Shown here: positions 19,469-28,475 of the stretch, piece by piece | How positions within the stretch are numbered: position 1 is the first letter of the stretch | How the letters are laid out: each line of letters starts with the position of its first letter | DNA from: an uncultured Verrucomicrobiae bacterium | Lineage (GTDB): Bacteria > Verrucomicrobiota > Verrucomicrobiia > Limisphaerales > DASXHY01 | Length of the DNA: 64,000 nucleotides | Assembly: GCA_963699145.1 (NCBI GenBank) | Contig: OY969416.1 | Span: 4,254,456-4,318,455 of the forward strand | Direction: 5' to 3' | Position numbers and translations under genes: made by a program | Notes under the pieces: model-generated | Database searches by the model: none | The model's input: the letters and a program-made list of their open reading frames with translations, nothing else | Told to the model about the DNA's origin: nothing

Positions 19469-20473
19469 TTGTCTGTTCCCACCCAGGAAAATCTGCACGC
19501 GTTCGCGCCCAGCGCCGAACGCGTTTTGTTTCTCGACCAACGCATGCGCTCGCGGCTGGCTGACAGCCTTCGGTATATCCTCACCCAGGGCGACGGTTTT
19601 CTGGCGATCCCCCAGGACCGATTTCAAACCTTCCTCCGCGACCTCGAAGTCCGTCCGGTTTCGCCGCTGGCATTCAGTTTTTACAACGACGCCGTGCTCG
19701 CGATCGAAGAGGACGACCTCGAAACTGCCTCCGGGCTCCTCACTGAATTGACCAGACTGCCGCCGCGCACCAGCGGCCTGGAAATCCTCGAACTCGCCGA
19801 CCCGAACCAGGACGCCATCGGCGCGCGCTACGCCCGGTTCTTGAATGACGACCCGTCCGTGAAGTTCGAAATTTTTCCGCCCGCCCCACAAGTGGCCGCC
19901 AATTGCCGCGCGCAAATTGCCGACGCCTTCGCCCTCCTGGACGCCGGCGATCCGGAACTCGCCGCTGAACTGCGCGCGTTGCTCCGCGAAATCATTCTCG
20001 CCGCCGGAACCAAAGACCCGAAAGCGATGACCTTCGACGGCGCCTCGTCCTTCATGCTCTGGGGCGCCATCATCATCAACGCCGACCGCGGCGACGGCGC
20101 CATCGGCATGGTGCAAATGCTCGCGCACGAATCCGCGCACAACCTGCTTTTCGGGTTCAGCGCCGACGGGGCGTTGGTGGAGAATTCGCCGGAAGAACTC
20201 TTTTCGTCGCCGCTGCGCAAAGATCCGCGCCCGATGGATGGCATTTATCACGCGACCTTCGTTACCGCGCGCATGTATCGAGTCGTTCAACAACTTCTCG
20301 ACCACGGCGTCCTGGACGCCGCCGCAAAAGAGAAGGCGAAAAAGGATTTGGCCGACAACGCGCGCCTGTTCCAACAAGGAATTGAAACCGTGCGGAAATT
20401 CGGCAAGCTGAGCCCCCTCGGCGAAAGCGTCATGCGCGGCGCCAGCGACTACATGGCCACCGCCCCCGCCTAA
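19469..20473 (+). CDS. HExxH-motif protein, aKG-HExxH-type peptide beta-hydroxylase-like (TIGR04267-like domain)
   Basis: MVQMLAHESAHNLLFGF (HExxH) followed by RPMDGIYHATFVTARMY matches my recollection of the HEXXH-motif peptide-modification family. The start is TTG at 19469 and is uncertain. Confidence 0.65.
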   Translation: MSVPTQENLHAFAPSAERVLFLDQRMRSRLADSLRYILTQGDGFLAIPQDRFQTFLRDLEVRPVSPLAFSFYNDAVLAIEEDDLETASGLLTELTRLPPRTSGLEILELADPNQDAIGARYARFLNDDPSVKFEIFPPAPQVAANCRAQIADAFALLDAGDPELAAELRALLREIILAAGTKDPKAMTFDGASSFMLWGAIIINADRGDGAIGMVQMLAHESAHNLLFGFSADGALVENSPEELFSSPLRKDPRPMDGIYHATFVTARMYRVVQQLLDHGVLDAAAKEKAKKDLADNARLFQQGIETVRKFGKLSPLGESVMRGASDYMATAPA

Positions 20474-20679
20474 CGCCTGGGACCGCCGGCGCCCGTCGCG
20501 CCGAAGTCGGACGAAGGCGGATCCCCCCGGCCCGTTGGAGTTCAAGCTTCAGCTTGTCCCCCTCTCAATGTGCAAATAAGCCAGCCAAACCCTGACAATC
20601 TGAAATCTTAATCAATCCGTCCGCGAAATCGTTCTTGCGATTTTACCGGGACGTTGTAACTATTTCGGACCTGGTGCAC

Positions 20680-20755
20680 GGGGTTGTAGCTCAGTTGGTA
20701 GAGCGTCTCGTTCGCAATGAGAAGGTCAGGGGTTCGATCCCCCTCAACTCCACCA
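20680..20755 (+). tRNA. tRNA-Ala (anticodon CGC), CCA encoded
   Basis: Folded by hand: acceptor GGGGTTG/CAACTCC with the G3:U70 Ala identity pair; D arm GCTC-AGTTGGTA-GAGC; anticodon stem TCTCG/TGAGA with loop TTCGCAA (CGC); T arm AGGGG-TTCGATC-CCCCT; discriminator A plus CCA. Total 76 nt. Confidence 0.95.
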
Positions 20756-20784
20756 GTTTTCCCGCGCAACGTGAAAACTGCCGC

Positions 20785-20836
20785 GCCGTGGCGCAGGCTG
20801 GCAGCCTGCTGTATCGCCGACTGGCAGTCGGCACCC
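20785..20836. repeat. Paired short hairpins (AGGCTG-GC-CAGCCT; GCCGACT-GGC-AGTCGGC) downstream of the tRNA
   Basis: GCCGTGGCGCAGGCTGGCAGCCTGCTGTATCGCCGACTGGCAGTCGGCACCCC is a REP-like element. Only one copy was recognised in this window. Confidence 0.4.
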
Positions 20837-20952
20837 CTCAATTCTCAGACCCCTCGCGGTTTTTCAACTGCACTCGCGCTATGGACTTGATTTGAAACAT
20901 CCAACCTTCTCATAGTGAGCCACACCAGAATCCCATAACCCCGCTCCGGACC

Positions 20953-23655
20953 ATGGAAAAAAATTCTCGCCGCCATTTTCTCAAAACCACCGCCGCCGCG
21001 ACCGCCGCGCTGACCGCCGCCGACCTCTTTCCCGGCTCCGTATCCGCCAAAGAAAGTGCCCACGGCGTCGCCATCATTCTCAACTCGGAAGATGCCGCAC
21101 AAAAACCCGCCGCCTGGGCCGCCGCGGAATTGCGCGATGCGTTAAAAACCCGGAACGTGGCCGCAGAAATTTTCCCCAGTCTCGAGCAAGCGCCAGCCGG
21201 CTTCGATTGCATCCTCGCCGCCACCAGCAATTCCGCCGCCGGCAAAGAAGCGCTCGCCGCCACCAAACTTTCGCTGCCGCAATCGCCGGAAGCCGTCGGC
21301 CTCGCCCGCGGCACGATCCACCAACACCGCGCCCTGCTCGCCGCCGGCTCGGACGCGCGCGGCCTCGTCTACGCCCTGCTCGAACTCACCGACCGCGTCA
21401 ACCACGCCGCCAATCCGCTCGCTGAACTCAGCCGCGTTCAACGAACCGTGGAAAAACCAGCCAACCGCATCCGTAGCAATTGCCGATTGTTTGCGAGCGA
21501 TGTCGAAGACAAACCCTGGTTCAACGATCGCGAGATGTGGCCGCGTTACCTCACGATGCTCGCCACGCAACGGTTCAATCGTTTCAATCTCGGGCTCGGC
21601 CTCGGCTACGATTTCCTGCAGGACGTGACCGACGCCTATTTCCTGTTCGCCTACCCGTTTCTGCTTTCCGTTCCGGGATACGATGTGCGCGCCGCGGGTT
21701 TGCCCGATGCCGAACGCGATCGCAATCTCGAGATGCTGCGATTCATCAGCGAGGAAAGCGTCGCGCGCGGCCTGCAATTTCAACTCGGCATCTGGATGCA
21801 CGGTTATGTCTGGGAGAACACCACCCGCGCAAATTACGTCATCACCGGTTTGTCCAAACAAAATCACGCCGCCTATTGCAGCGACGCCATCTGCGCCCTG
21901 CTGAAAGCCTGCCCCGCCATCAGCGGTGTCACGTTGCGAACTCACGGGGAAAGCGGCGTGACCGAAGGCAGCTATGATTTTTGGAAATCAGTGTTCAACG
22001 GCGTCGGCAGATGCGGACGCTCGGTCGAAATCGATCTGCACCCGAAAGGCATCGATGACACGATGATCGACAACGCGCTGGCGACCGGCATGCCGGTAAA
22101 AGTCTCGCCGAAATTCTGGGCCGAACATCTGGGCATGGCGTATCATCAGGCGGAAATTCGCCAGTTGGAACGCCCCACCGGCCGCGACGGTGGTGGCCTG
22201 ATGAAACTGAGCAGTGGCTCGCGAAGTTTTCTCCGTTATGGCTACGGCGATTTGCTCAAGGAAAATCGCCGCTACGGCATCATCCATCGCATCTGGCCCG
22301 GCACGCAACGACTGTTGATCTGGGGCGACCCGCAAACCGGCGCCGCCTATGGCCGCGATTTCAGTTTCTGCGGCAGTGACGGCGCGGAATTCATGGAGCC
22401 GCTCACCTTCAAAGGCCGCCGCGGCTCAGGCATCGCTGGCGACCGCTGTGGTTATGCCGACTCCTCGCTCCGGCCGCGCTGGGATTGGGAAAAATATCTC
22501 TACACCTTCCGGATGTGGGGCCGAATGATGTATAACCCGGATTCCGATCCCGACGTTTGGCAACGCACCTTGCGAAAAGATTTCGGACGCGGCGCACCGT
22601 CCGCAGAACTCGCCCTCGCCAACGCCAGCCGCATTCTGCCCATTATCACCACCGCGCATCTGCCCTCCGCCGCCAACAATAATTACTGGCCGGAGATGTA
22701 TCTCAATCAATCCCTCATCGAAGCGCGGCTCGGCGGCAATAATTACAGCGACACTCCTTCGCCGAAAATTTTCGGAAACGTCAGCCCACTCGATCCGCAA
22801 TTATTTTCGCGCATGAACGACTTCGCGGGCGAACTGCTCAAAGGCCAGCGCAGCGGCAAATACACGCCCATCGAAGTCGCCCAATGGCTCGAAGATAACG
22901 CCAGCGCCGCCGCAAAGAATCTTGCCGAATTCGAACGCAAAGCCAGCGACAAAACCACGCCTGAATTTCGCCGTCTGGTGATCGACCTGAAAATTCAAAT
23001 CGGATTGGGCCGATTTTTCGGCGCGAAGTTCCGCTCCGGCGTTCTTTACGGGCTCTTTGACCAAAGCGGCGATGCGAGTGCACTCATCGAAGCCATCAAA
23101 GCCTACCACCGCGCGCGCGCTGCCTGGGCCGAACTGGCGAATGCCAGCGGCAATGCCTACATGACCGACATTACCATCGGCGAGCTGCCGCAACTGCGCG
23201 GCCACTGGGCCGACCGCCTGCCGTTGATTGATCGCGATATCGCCGCGATGGAAGAAAAATCAGCCCACGCCGGCGACAAAACAACTCCCAACATCAAAGC
23301 GCTGATTCAAGAAGCCACCGGCCGCCCGAACCGCGCCGCGATTGTCGCGCATCACGCGCTGCCGGCCACCTTGCGCGCGGGCGAACCGTTGAACATCGAA
23401 TTGACCATCGAGAAATCCGCACAATCCGTGCGCCTCTATTATCGGCACGTGGATCAAGGCGAGCGATTTGAATCCGTTTCAATGCAGGCCAACGGAAAAA
23501 GTTTTCAAGCCGCCATCCCCGCGACCTATCTCGATTCCCCCTACCCGCTCCAATATTATTTCGAAATAACGCGCGACCCGCAGAACGTCACGCTTCATCC
23601 CGGCCTCGGCCCGAACCTCACACAGCAGCCTTACTATATTGTGCGGAAAATATGA
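20953..23655 (+). CDS. Tat-exported 900-aa protein of unknown function (possible glycoside hydrolase)
   Basis: Twin-arginine signal MEKNSRRHFLKTTAAATAALTAADLFPGSVSA. It is a long conserved-looking ORF with no family motif I can name. It is convergent with a GH2 gene. Confidence 0.7.
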   Translation: MEKNSRRHFLKTTAAATAALTAADLFPGSVSAKESAHGVAIILNSEDAAQKPAAWAAAELRDALKTRNVAAEIFPSLEQAPAGFDCILAATSNSAAGKEALAATKLSLPQSPEAVGLARGTIHQHRALLAAGSDARGLVYALLELTDRVNHAANPLAELSRVQRTVEKPANRIRSNCRLFASDVEDKPWFNDREMWPRYLTMLATQRFNRFNLGLGLGYDFLQDVTDAYFLFAYPFLLSVPGYDVRAAGLPDAERDRNLEMLRFISEESVARGLQFQLGIWMHGYVWENTTRANYVITGLSKQNHAAYCSDAICALLKACPAISGVTLRTHGESGVTEGSYDFWKSVFNGVGRCGRSVEIDLHPKGIDDTMIDNALATGMPVKVSPKFWAEHLGMAYHQAEIRQLERPTGRDGGGLMKLSSGSRSFLRYGYGDLLKENRRYGIIHRIWPGTQRLLIWGDPQTGAAYGRDFSFCGSDGAEFMEPLTFKGRRGSGIAGDRCGYADSSLRPRWDWEKYLYTFRMWGRMMYNPDSDPDVWQRTLRKDFGRGAPSAELALANASRILPIITTAHLPSAANNNYWPEMYLNQSLIEARLGGNNYSDTPSPKIFGNVSPLDPQLFSRMNDFAGELLKGQRSGKYTPIEVAQWLEDNASAAAKNLAEFERKASDKTTPEFRRLVIDLKIQIGLGRFFGAKFRSGVLYGLFDQSGDASALIEAIKAYHRARAAWAELANASGNAYMTDITIGELPQLRGHWADRLPLIDRDIAAMEEKSAHAGDKTTPNIKALIQEATGRPNRAAIVAHHALPATLRAGEPLNIELTIEKSAQSVRLYYRHVDQGERFESVSMQANGKSFQAAIPATYLDSPYPLQYYFEITRDPQNVTLHPGLGPNLTQQPYYIVRKI

Positions 23656-23705
23656 TCGCACTGATTCGAAGACGGACGCGCGAAAATTCCCAAAGCGTGT
23701 ATTTG

Positions 23706-23753
23706 TCTCCCTCTCCGCCGCGAAGCGTGGGAGAGGGTTAGGGGTGAGGTGGT
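23706..23753. repeat. CCCTCTCC/GGAGAGGG hairpin repeat with GGGGTGAGG tail
   Basis: TCT-CCCTCTCC-GCCGCGAAGCGTG-GGAGAGGG-TTAGGGGTGAGGTGG lies in the convergent spacer between the 900-aa gene and the GH2 gene. Confidence 0.6.
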
Positions 23754-23799
23754 GCTTCAGGGTTCAGGGGGCGAAGCTTCAGGCTTTTATCTGTCGGCC

Positions 23800-26190
23800 T
23801 TACCGCGCGCGCAATTTCAAGGTCGCCTCCGGCAACCCCTCCGCCGAAACCCTCACCGTAATGGAACCCGCCTCACGCGCGCTCTCCACCACCATGAACG
23901 AGCGCCCCTGGTTCAATTTCCGCGACGGCTCCTGCAATCGCGTCATATCGCGCTGGTCGCCATTGTCCAAAGACAACAACCTGCCCGCGCCTTCGACACG
24001 AACCGAGCACAGCGTCGCTCCATTCGGGACCAGAACTCCTTTCGCATCCACCAGCCGCAATTCAATCTGCGAAACATCCTCGCCATTCGCTGCCAGCTTC
24101 GTCTTATCCGCCACCAACTCAACCCGCGCCGGCTGGCCGGCAGTCACGAGGCTCGTCTCCACCTTCTTGCCGTCGCGCGAACCGACCGCCTTGAGCTCGC
24201 CCGCTTGGAACGGCACGCTCCAGTGAAAAACGCCATTCGTGGATTCCGCCGAAGTTTCTGCGCCGAGCGATTTTCCGTTCAGAAACAATTCCACACTTTT
24301 GCAGTTGGAATAAACATCAACCGGCAACGTCTCGCGCGAGTCCCCCTGCCAATTCCAATGGCTTTGGACGCCTCCTCCAAATCGTCCGCGACCGCCGCCG
24401 AATTGCTGGCGAACACCCATGTAAACCACCGGTTGCTCCGCCCAAATCGCCGCGCGAATGTACGAACGCGGTTTCAAAAAGCCGGTGGTATCGAAGAGCC
24501 CTGCCGCCGAACCGCGCGACGGCCACGCATCACTTTCGCCGAGAAAATCAAAACCAACCCACAGAAACTGCCCGGTGACGCGTGGGTTCCTGGTGATCTC
24601 GACATAATCCAATCCAAACCCATTTTCGCTGCCGACAATTTTGCGATTCGGATATTTCTCAAAGTCCTTCGTGTATTGTTCGATCTGGTAATTGTAGCCC
24701 ACGACGTCGAGCAAATCCGCCAACCCGGTGGCATTCGACGCCGGAATATTCGCGAGCGCCGCCGCGACGGGCCGCGTCGGATCGGTCTCGTGCACAATCT
24801 TGATCAACCGCGGCGCCGTGCGCGCCAGAATTTCGGCGGAAGGTTTGTTGCTGTTGTAATTCCTGCCATCCGTCGGATAGCTGAACGGATCGTTCTGAAA
24901 ATCGACCTCGTTGCCGATGCTCCACAGGATGATCGAAGGATGATTGCGATCGCGCTGGACCATTTCGCCAAGATCGGCGTCGGCCCATTCTTCAAAGAAC
25001 TCCGAATACCCGTGATGCGACGCCGTGCCGTTATTCCGCCCCGTGACCCATTTGTTTTTCGCGCCGGTCCATTCATCGAAAGCTTCATCCATCACCATCA
25101 AACCGATCCGATCGCAAAGATCATAGAACTCCGGCGCCATCGGATTGTGCGACGTGCGAAAAGCGTTGACGCCCATTTCCTTTGCCAAACGCAATCGCCG
25201 TTCGAGAACCCCATCCGGCACCGCGGCGCCGAGCGCACCCGCATCGTGATGCATGCAGATGCCCTTGAATTTCATCGGCTCGCCGTTCAGGAAAAAACCG
25301 GTTTGCGCATCAAACCGAATTGACCGCACGCCAAAAGTGGTTTCCAACGAATCCACGACTTTGCCTCCGATGCGCACCGTCGTAGCCACCTGATAAAGCG
25401 ATGGGCTGTCCGGCGACCAAAGTTTCGGGCGCGCAATTTCCGCCTGTTGCGTCAAAGTCCCCTCGCCCATTCCCGCAATGTTGGTCCTGGTCGAAACCTG
25501 CCGCACCACTTTTCCATTCGGCGCCATCAACTTCGTCACCACTTCAACTTCGCGGGCGTTCGGCGTTTGATTTTGCAATTGAGTTTGGATTTCGACAGTT
25601 GCGTTATCTGCGCTGACTTCCGGCGTGGTCACGTAAATGCCGTGGCGGGCGACGTGCACGGGCTCCATCGCGGTCAGCCACACATGACGATAAATCCCGG
25701 ATCCAACGTAAAACCGCGAGTCGGCCTTTTCACTGTGGTCCACGCGGACCGCGATGACATTGGTGCCGCCCACTATGAGGTAAGGCGTCAATTCATAAGC
25801 AAAACTCGAAAAGGCATACGGACGTTTGCCAAGCAGATGTCCGTTAATCCAAACCTCACTGTTCATCGAAACGCCACCGAACTCGATCTCAACCGTTTTG
25901 CTTTTCCATCCGGCGGGCACAACAAAGGTTTTGCGATACCACGCGATTCCCGTCGGCAGAAACGCCGTGCCGCTCGCGTTGGTGCGGGAGAACTCGCCTT
26001 CCACACTGAAATCATGCGGCAGGTCGAGTTTGCGCCAGGCGGCGTCGCTGAATTCCGGCGCGGACGCTTCGGCAGCATCACCTGCCTGGAAACGCCAATC
26101 GAAATCGAACTTTTCCCGAATGCGCGGCGACGTCTCCGCGCGCAGCAGCGTGGTCGCGGAAAGAAACACAAGAGCGAGGAAGATTTTCAT
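23800..26190 (-). CDS. Glycoside hydrolase family 2 (beta-galactosidase/beta-glucuronidase-like), secreted
   Basis: Likely start is MKIFLALVFLSATTLLRAETSP (ATG 26190). GH2 sugar-binding domain WRKLDLPHDFSVEG...IAWYRKTF. TIM-barrel region VNAFRTSHNPMAPEFYDLCDRIGLMVMDE and NHPSIILWSIGNE. Confidence 0.9.
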   Translation of the reverse strand: MKIFLALVFLSATTLLRAETSPRIREKFDFDWRFQAGDAAEASAPEFSDAAWRKLDLPHDFSVEGEFSRTNASGTAFLPTGIAWYRKTFVVPAGWKSKTVEIEFGGVSMNSEVWINGHLLGKRPYAFSSFAYELTPYLIVGGTNVIAVRVDHSEKADSRFYVGSGIYRHVWLTAMEPVHVARHGIYVTTPEVSADNATVEIQTQLQNQTPNAREVEVVTKLMAPNGKVVRQVSTRTNIAGMGEGTLTQQAEIARPKLWSPDSPSLYQVATTVRIGGKVVDSLETTFGVRSIRFDAQTGFFLNGEPMKFKGICMHHDAGALGAAVPDGVLERRLRLAKEMGVNAFRTSHNPMAPEFYDLCDRIGLMVMDEAFDEWTGAKNKWVTGRNNGTASHHGYSEFFEEWADADLGEMVQRDRNHPSIILWSIGNEVDFQNDPFSYPTDGRNYNSNKPSAEILARTAPRLIKIVHETDPTRPVAAALANIPASNATGLADLLDVVGYNYQIEQYTKDFEKYPNRKIVGSENGFGLDYVEITRNPRVTGQFLWVGFDFLGESDAWPSRGSAAGLFDTTGFLKPRSYIRAAIWAEQPVVYMGVRQQFGGGRGRFGGGVQSHWNWQGDSRETLPVDVYSNCKSVELFLNGKSLGAETSAESTNGVFHWSVPFQAGELKAVGSRDGKKVETSLVTAGQPARVELVADKTKLAANGEDVSQIELRLVDAKGVLVPNGATLCSVRVEGAGRLLSLDNGDQRDMTRLQEPSRKLNQGRSFMVVESAREAGSITVRVSAEGLPEATLKLRAR

Positions 26191-26293
26191 TCGCGGAAAA
26201 CCATGCCGCCGGCATCTTGCCACTGTCAATCCCCCAACCGGGTAAAACCCGTTTTTCATTTGAACGACGGCAAATACCGAATTAATTTGCCGC

Positions 26294-26662
26294 ATGGATC
26301 ATTCGCCCGGTTTTTTGAAAGTTGTCAACGAAGCGCGCCCTTTCGTCAAGGAAATCACCGTGGAGCAGGCCCGCGAACGCCTCGCGCAAAATCCCAAGGC
26401 CGTGCTCATGGACGTGCGCGAAGATTCCGAGTGGAACAAACAACACGCCGAAGAAGCCGTGCATCTCGGCAAGGGCATCCTGGAACGCGACCTGGAAAAC
26501 ATGTTTCCCGACACCAACACGGAAATCCTGATGTATTGCGGCGGTGGGTACCGCTCCGTGCTGACCGCCGAGGTGGCTCAGAAAATGGGCTATCGCAATG
26601 TGTTCTCGATATTGGGCGGCTACAAGGCGCTGGTCACCGCGAAGTGGCCGATGAAATCCTAG
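26294..26662 (+). CDS. Rhodanese-domain sulfurtransferase
   Basis: VLMDVREDSEWNKQHAEEAVHL...ILMYCGGGYRSVLTAEVAQKMGYRNVFSILGGYKA is a single rhodanese domain with an active-site Cys loop CGGGYRS. Confidence 0.85.
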   Translation: MDHSPGFLKVVNEARPFVKEITVEQARERLAQNPKAVLMDVREDSEWNKQHAEEAVHLGKGILERDLENMFPDTNTEILMYCGGGYRSVLTAEVAQKMGYRNVFSILGGYKALVTAKWPMKS

Positions 26663-26697
26663 AGCATTGACGGAAAAGATGTGGCGATGAGCAGCGA

Positions 26698-26786
26698 GGA
26701 TTTTTGGTTTTTGGCGAGGCTTCGGTGAAGGAGCAGGTTTGAAACACCCTGTGACTGAGCCGAAACGAATCCAAAAACCAAAAAAG
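26698..26786. repeat. Hairpin with perfect 14-bp stem made of tandem heptamers (TTTTTGG)2 / (CCAAAAA)2
   Basis: GGA-TTTTTGGTTTTTGG (26698-26714) pairs with CCAAAAACCAAAAA (26771-26784), leaving a ~56-nt loop. It lies in the convergent spacer between the rhodanese gene and the GNAT-aminotransferase gene. Confidence 0.6.
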
Positions 26787-26834
26787 CTGCTGCCGCTGAC
26801 TCCAACTCATCGCTACAGCTTTGAGGGAAATGCT

Positions 26835-28475
26835 CTAAGCCTTGGTCGTCTCCGCCGGTCGATTGCGCCGCGGAAAGCACACGCGATTCAGCGCATTGAG
26901 CAACGACACGATTTTTTCCCGCGTGCACTCGCCCATCAAGCAAATCTGCATCCAGTTTTTCTTGCGCAGATATTCGCTGTTGTAACTCAGGAGGTATCCC
27001 GCTTCCTGAATCATTCCGCCGATCTTCAGCGCATTCATTTCGGGCGGCAGCGCGATGGTCACCACCACCGGCGAAGTCACCGTGTCGGTGCCGATGAGCG
27101 AGAAGCCCGTTTCCAACAGTTTCTCCCGCAGGAAAGTCGAGAGCGCCACGGCTTCCGCAAAACGCTTTTCCCAATCGACGTGCTTCACCGCGGCGTGCAG
27201 CGCGTGCAAAAGATTCGAGGAAAATGTGAACGGCACGCCTTGTTGTTGCGAGTAGTAGCCGAGGTCCAGGTAACGCGGCAGGCGCTCCGGCTGCGGCAGG
27301 ACCGCGTGATTATGAAACACCATCGAAATGCCCGGATACGAGCGCAATCCTTTGCCGCTGGAACAGGACGCCAGATAAACGCCGCTCAAATCCACCGGCA
27401 ACGTGCCGACCGAACTGATGCAATCGAGACACAGTTTGACCTGGAACTCGTCGCAGAGCGCCTTGAGAGAATCGAGCTCATTCAGGACGCCGGTCGAAGT
27501 CTCGCAATGCGTGCACCAAAGCCAGCCCGGCGCGGATTCCTTCTCAAAAGCTTTGCGAACGGCGCGCAGATCGATCGGTTGTCCCCAGGGAAATTCAATC
27601 GCCTCAAAATTGAGCCGCCAGCGGCGGGATTGATCGATAAGCCGGCCGCCAAATTCGCCGTTGCTCAACACAATGCCGCGCTTCGGTTCCAACGAAAGCT
27701 GCCCGCCGATAACGTCATTCGCCAGCGTGCCGGAGCCCAGCATCAACTCCACATTCCGCGTGCGCACCAATTCGCAAAGAATCTGCCGTGCCGTCCCGAA
27801 ATCCTTCATGAAAATATCCGCGCGATGCGATTCCGGCGCCTGCTCGAAGGCCCGCCGCACCTCGCGCTTCACCGTCACCGGGCCGGGCAGGAAATTCACC
27901 GCGCTCGGCTGGAATGATCGCGAGGGCGACGACCGCAAAAATTCGCGCGCCGTGTTCTCGAACGTTTCGAGCGTGACATACATCGGCTGAAATTGCGCCT
28001 CGCCCGTCCCGACCATCGGGCCGAACGGAACAAATCCGAGGTGCTGATACAACTTGAACTGCCGCGTGGTGCCGGAAATGATCGCGAGATCGTAGCCCTT
28101 CTCAATTCCATGCTGCCACAGCAACGCCAGGATGCCCTGCAACACCTGCGCGCCGCGGAATTTCTTTTCGATGGCCAGCAGGCGGATTTCGCAAATCGTG
28201 CGGCCGGCCGGCAGATACGAATCGAGGTTCTCGAGTTTTTGATCGAGCGAAAACGGTCGAGCGCCGCGCACCGCCAGCATGCCGACCAGCTTTTTGCCCG
28301 ACAGACAAATCAAATACGTATTCTCGGCGTGAAATTTATCAACGATCCGATTGCTGGGCGAAACCTGGTGCTGGGGAATCTCCTCGGCGAACGTTTTGTA
28401 GTTGAGCCGGTGGATTTGCTCAAACTCCCAATCTTCATTCGCGGTTTTGAAAGTCAGTGGTTGCCGTGTGCTCAT
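26835..28475 (-). CDS. Fusion protein: N-terminal GNAT-type acyltransferase and C-terminal class V (PhnW/serine-pyruvate-like) PLP aminotransferase
   Basis: N-terminal ~170 aa are GNAT-like (LAVRGARPFSL...RLLAIEKKFRGAQVLQGILALLWQHGIEKGYDLAIISGTTRQFKLYQHLGF). The C-terminal part has class-V aminotransferase features (NFLPGPV..., GSGTLANDV, SSGKGLRSYPGISMV with a PLP lysine). Its ATG overlaps the plsY stop (ATGA at 28472-28475). Confidence 0.8.
   Translation of the reverse strand: MSTRQPLTFKTANEDWEFEQIHRLNYKTFAEEIPQHQVSPSNRIVDKFHAENTYLICLSGKKLVGMLAVRGARPFSLDQKLENLDSYLPAGRTICEIRLLAIEKKFRGAQVLQGILALLWQHGIEKGYDLAIISGTTRQFKLYQHLGFVPFGPMVGTGEAQFQPMYVTLETFENTAREFLRSSPSRSFQPSAVNFLPGPVTVKREVRRAFEQAPESHRADIFMKDFGTARQILCELVRTRNVELMLGSGTLANDVIGGQLSLEPKRGIVLSNGEFGGRLIDQSRRWRLNFEAIEFPWGQPIDLRAVRKAFEKESAPGWLWCTHCETSTGVLNELDSLKALCDEFQVKLCLDCISSVGTLPVDLSGVYLASCSSGKGLRSYPGISMVFHNHAVLPQPERLPRYLDLGYYSQQQGVPFTFSSNLLHALHAAVKHVDWEKRFAEAVALSTFLREKLLETGFSLIGTDTVTSPVVVTIALPPEMNALKIGGMIQEAGYLLSYNSEYLRKKNWMQICLMGECTREKIVSLLNALNRVCFPRRNRPAETTKA

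Noticed and set aside
19442-20545. 367-aa minus-strand ORF overlapping the HExxH protein gene.
   Set aside because: It is antisense to the ORF carrying the HExxH family motifs. Its own translation is Gly/Arg-rich with no recognisable domain, and its 5' part derives from a REP-like GC-rich element.
20545-20952. Genomic island or integrase insertion next to tRNA-Ala.
   Set aside because: No integrase, direct repeat of the tRNA 3' end, or compositional break was seen. The flanking genes look like ordinary chromosomal genes.
23749-26670. Plus-strand ORFs 23749..25323 (524 aa) and 25447..26670 (407 aa) opposite the GH2 gene.
   Set aside because: They are shadow ORFs with low-complexity Arg/Pro-rich translation. 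The GH2 motifs are on the minus strand.
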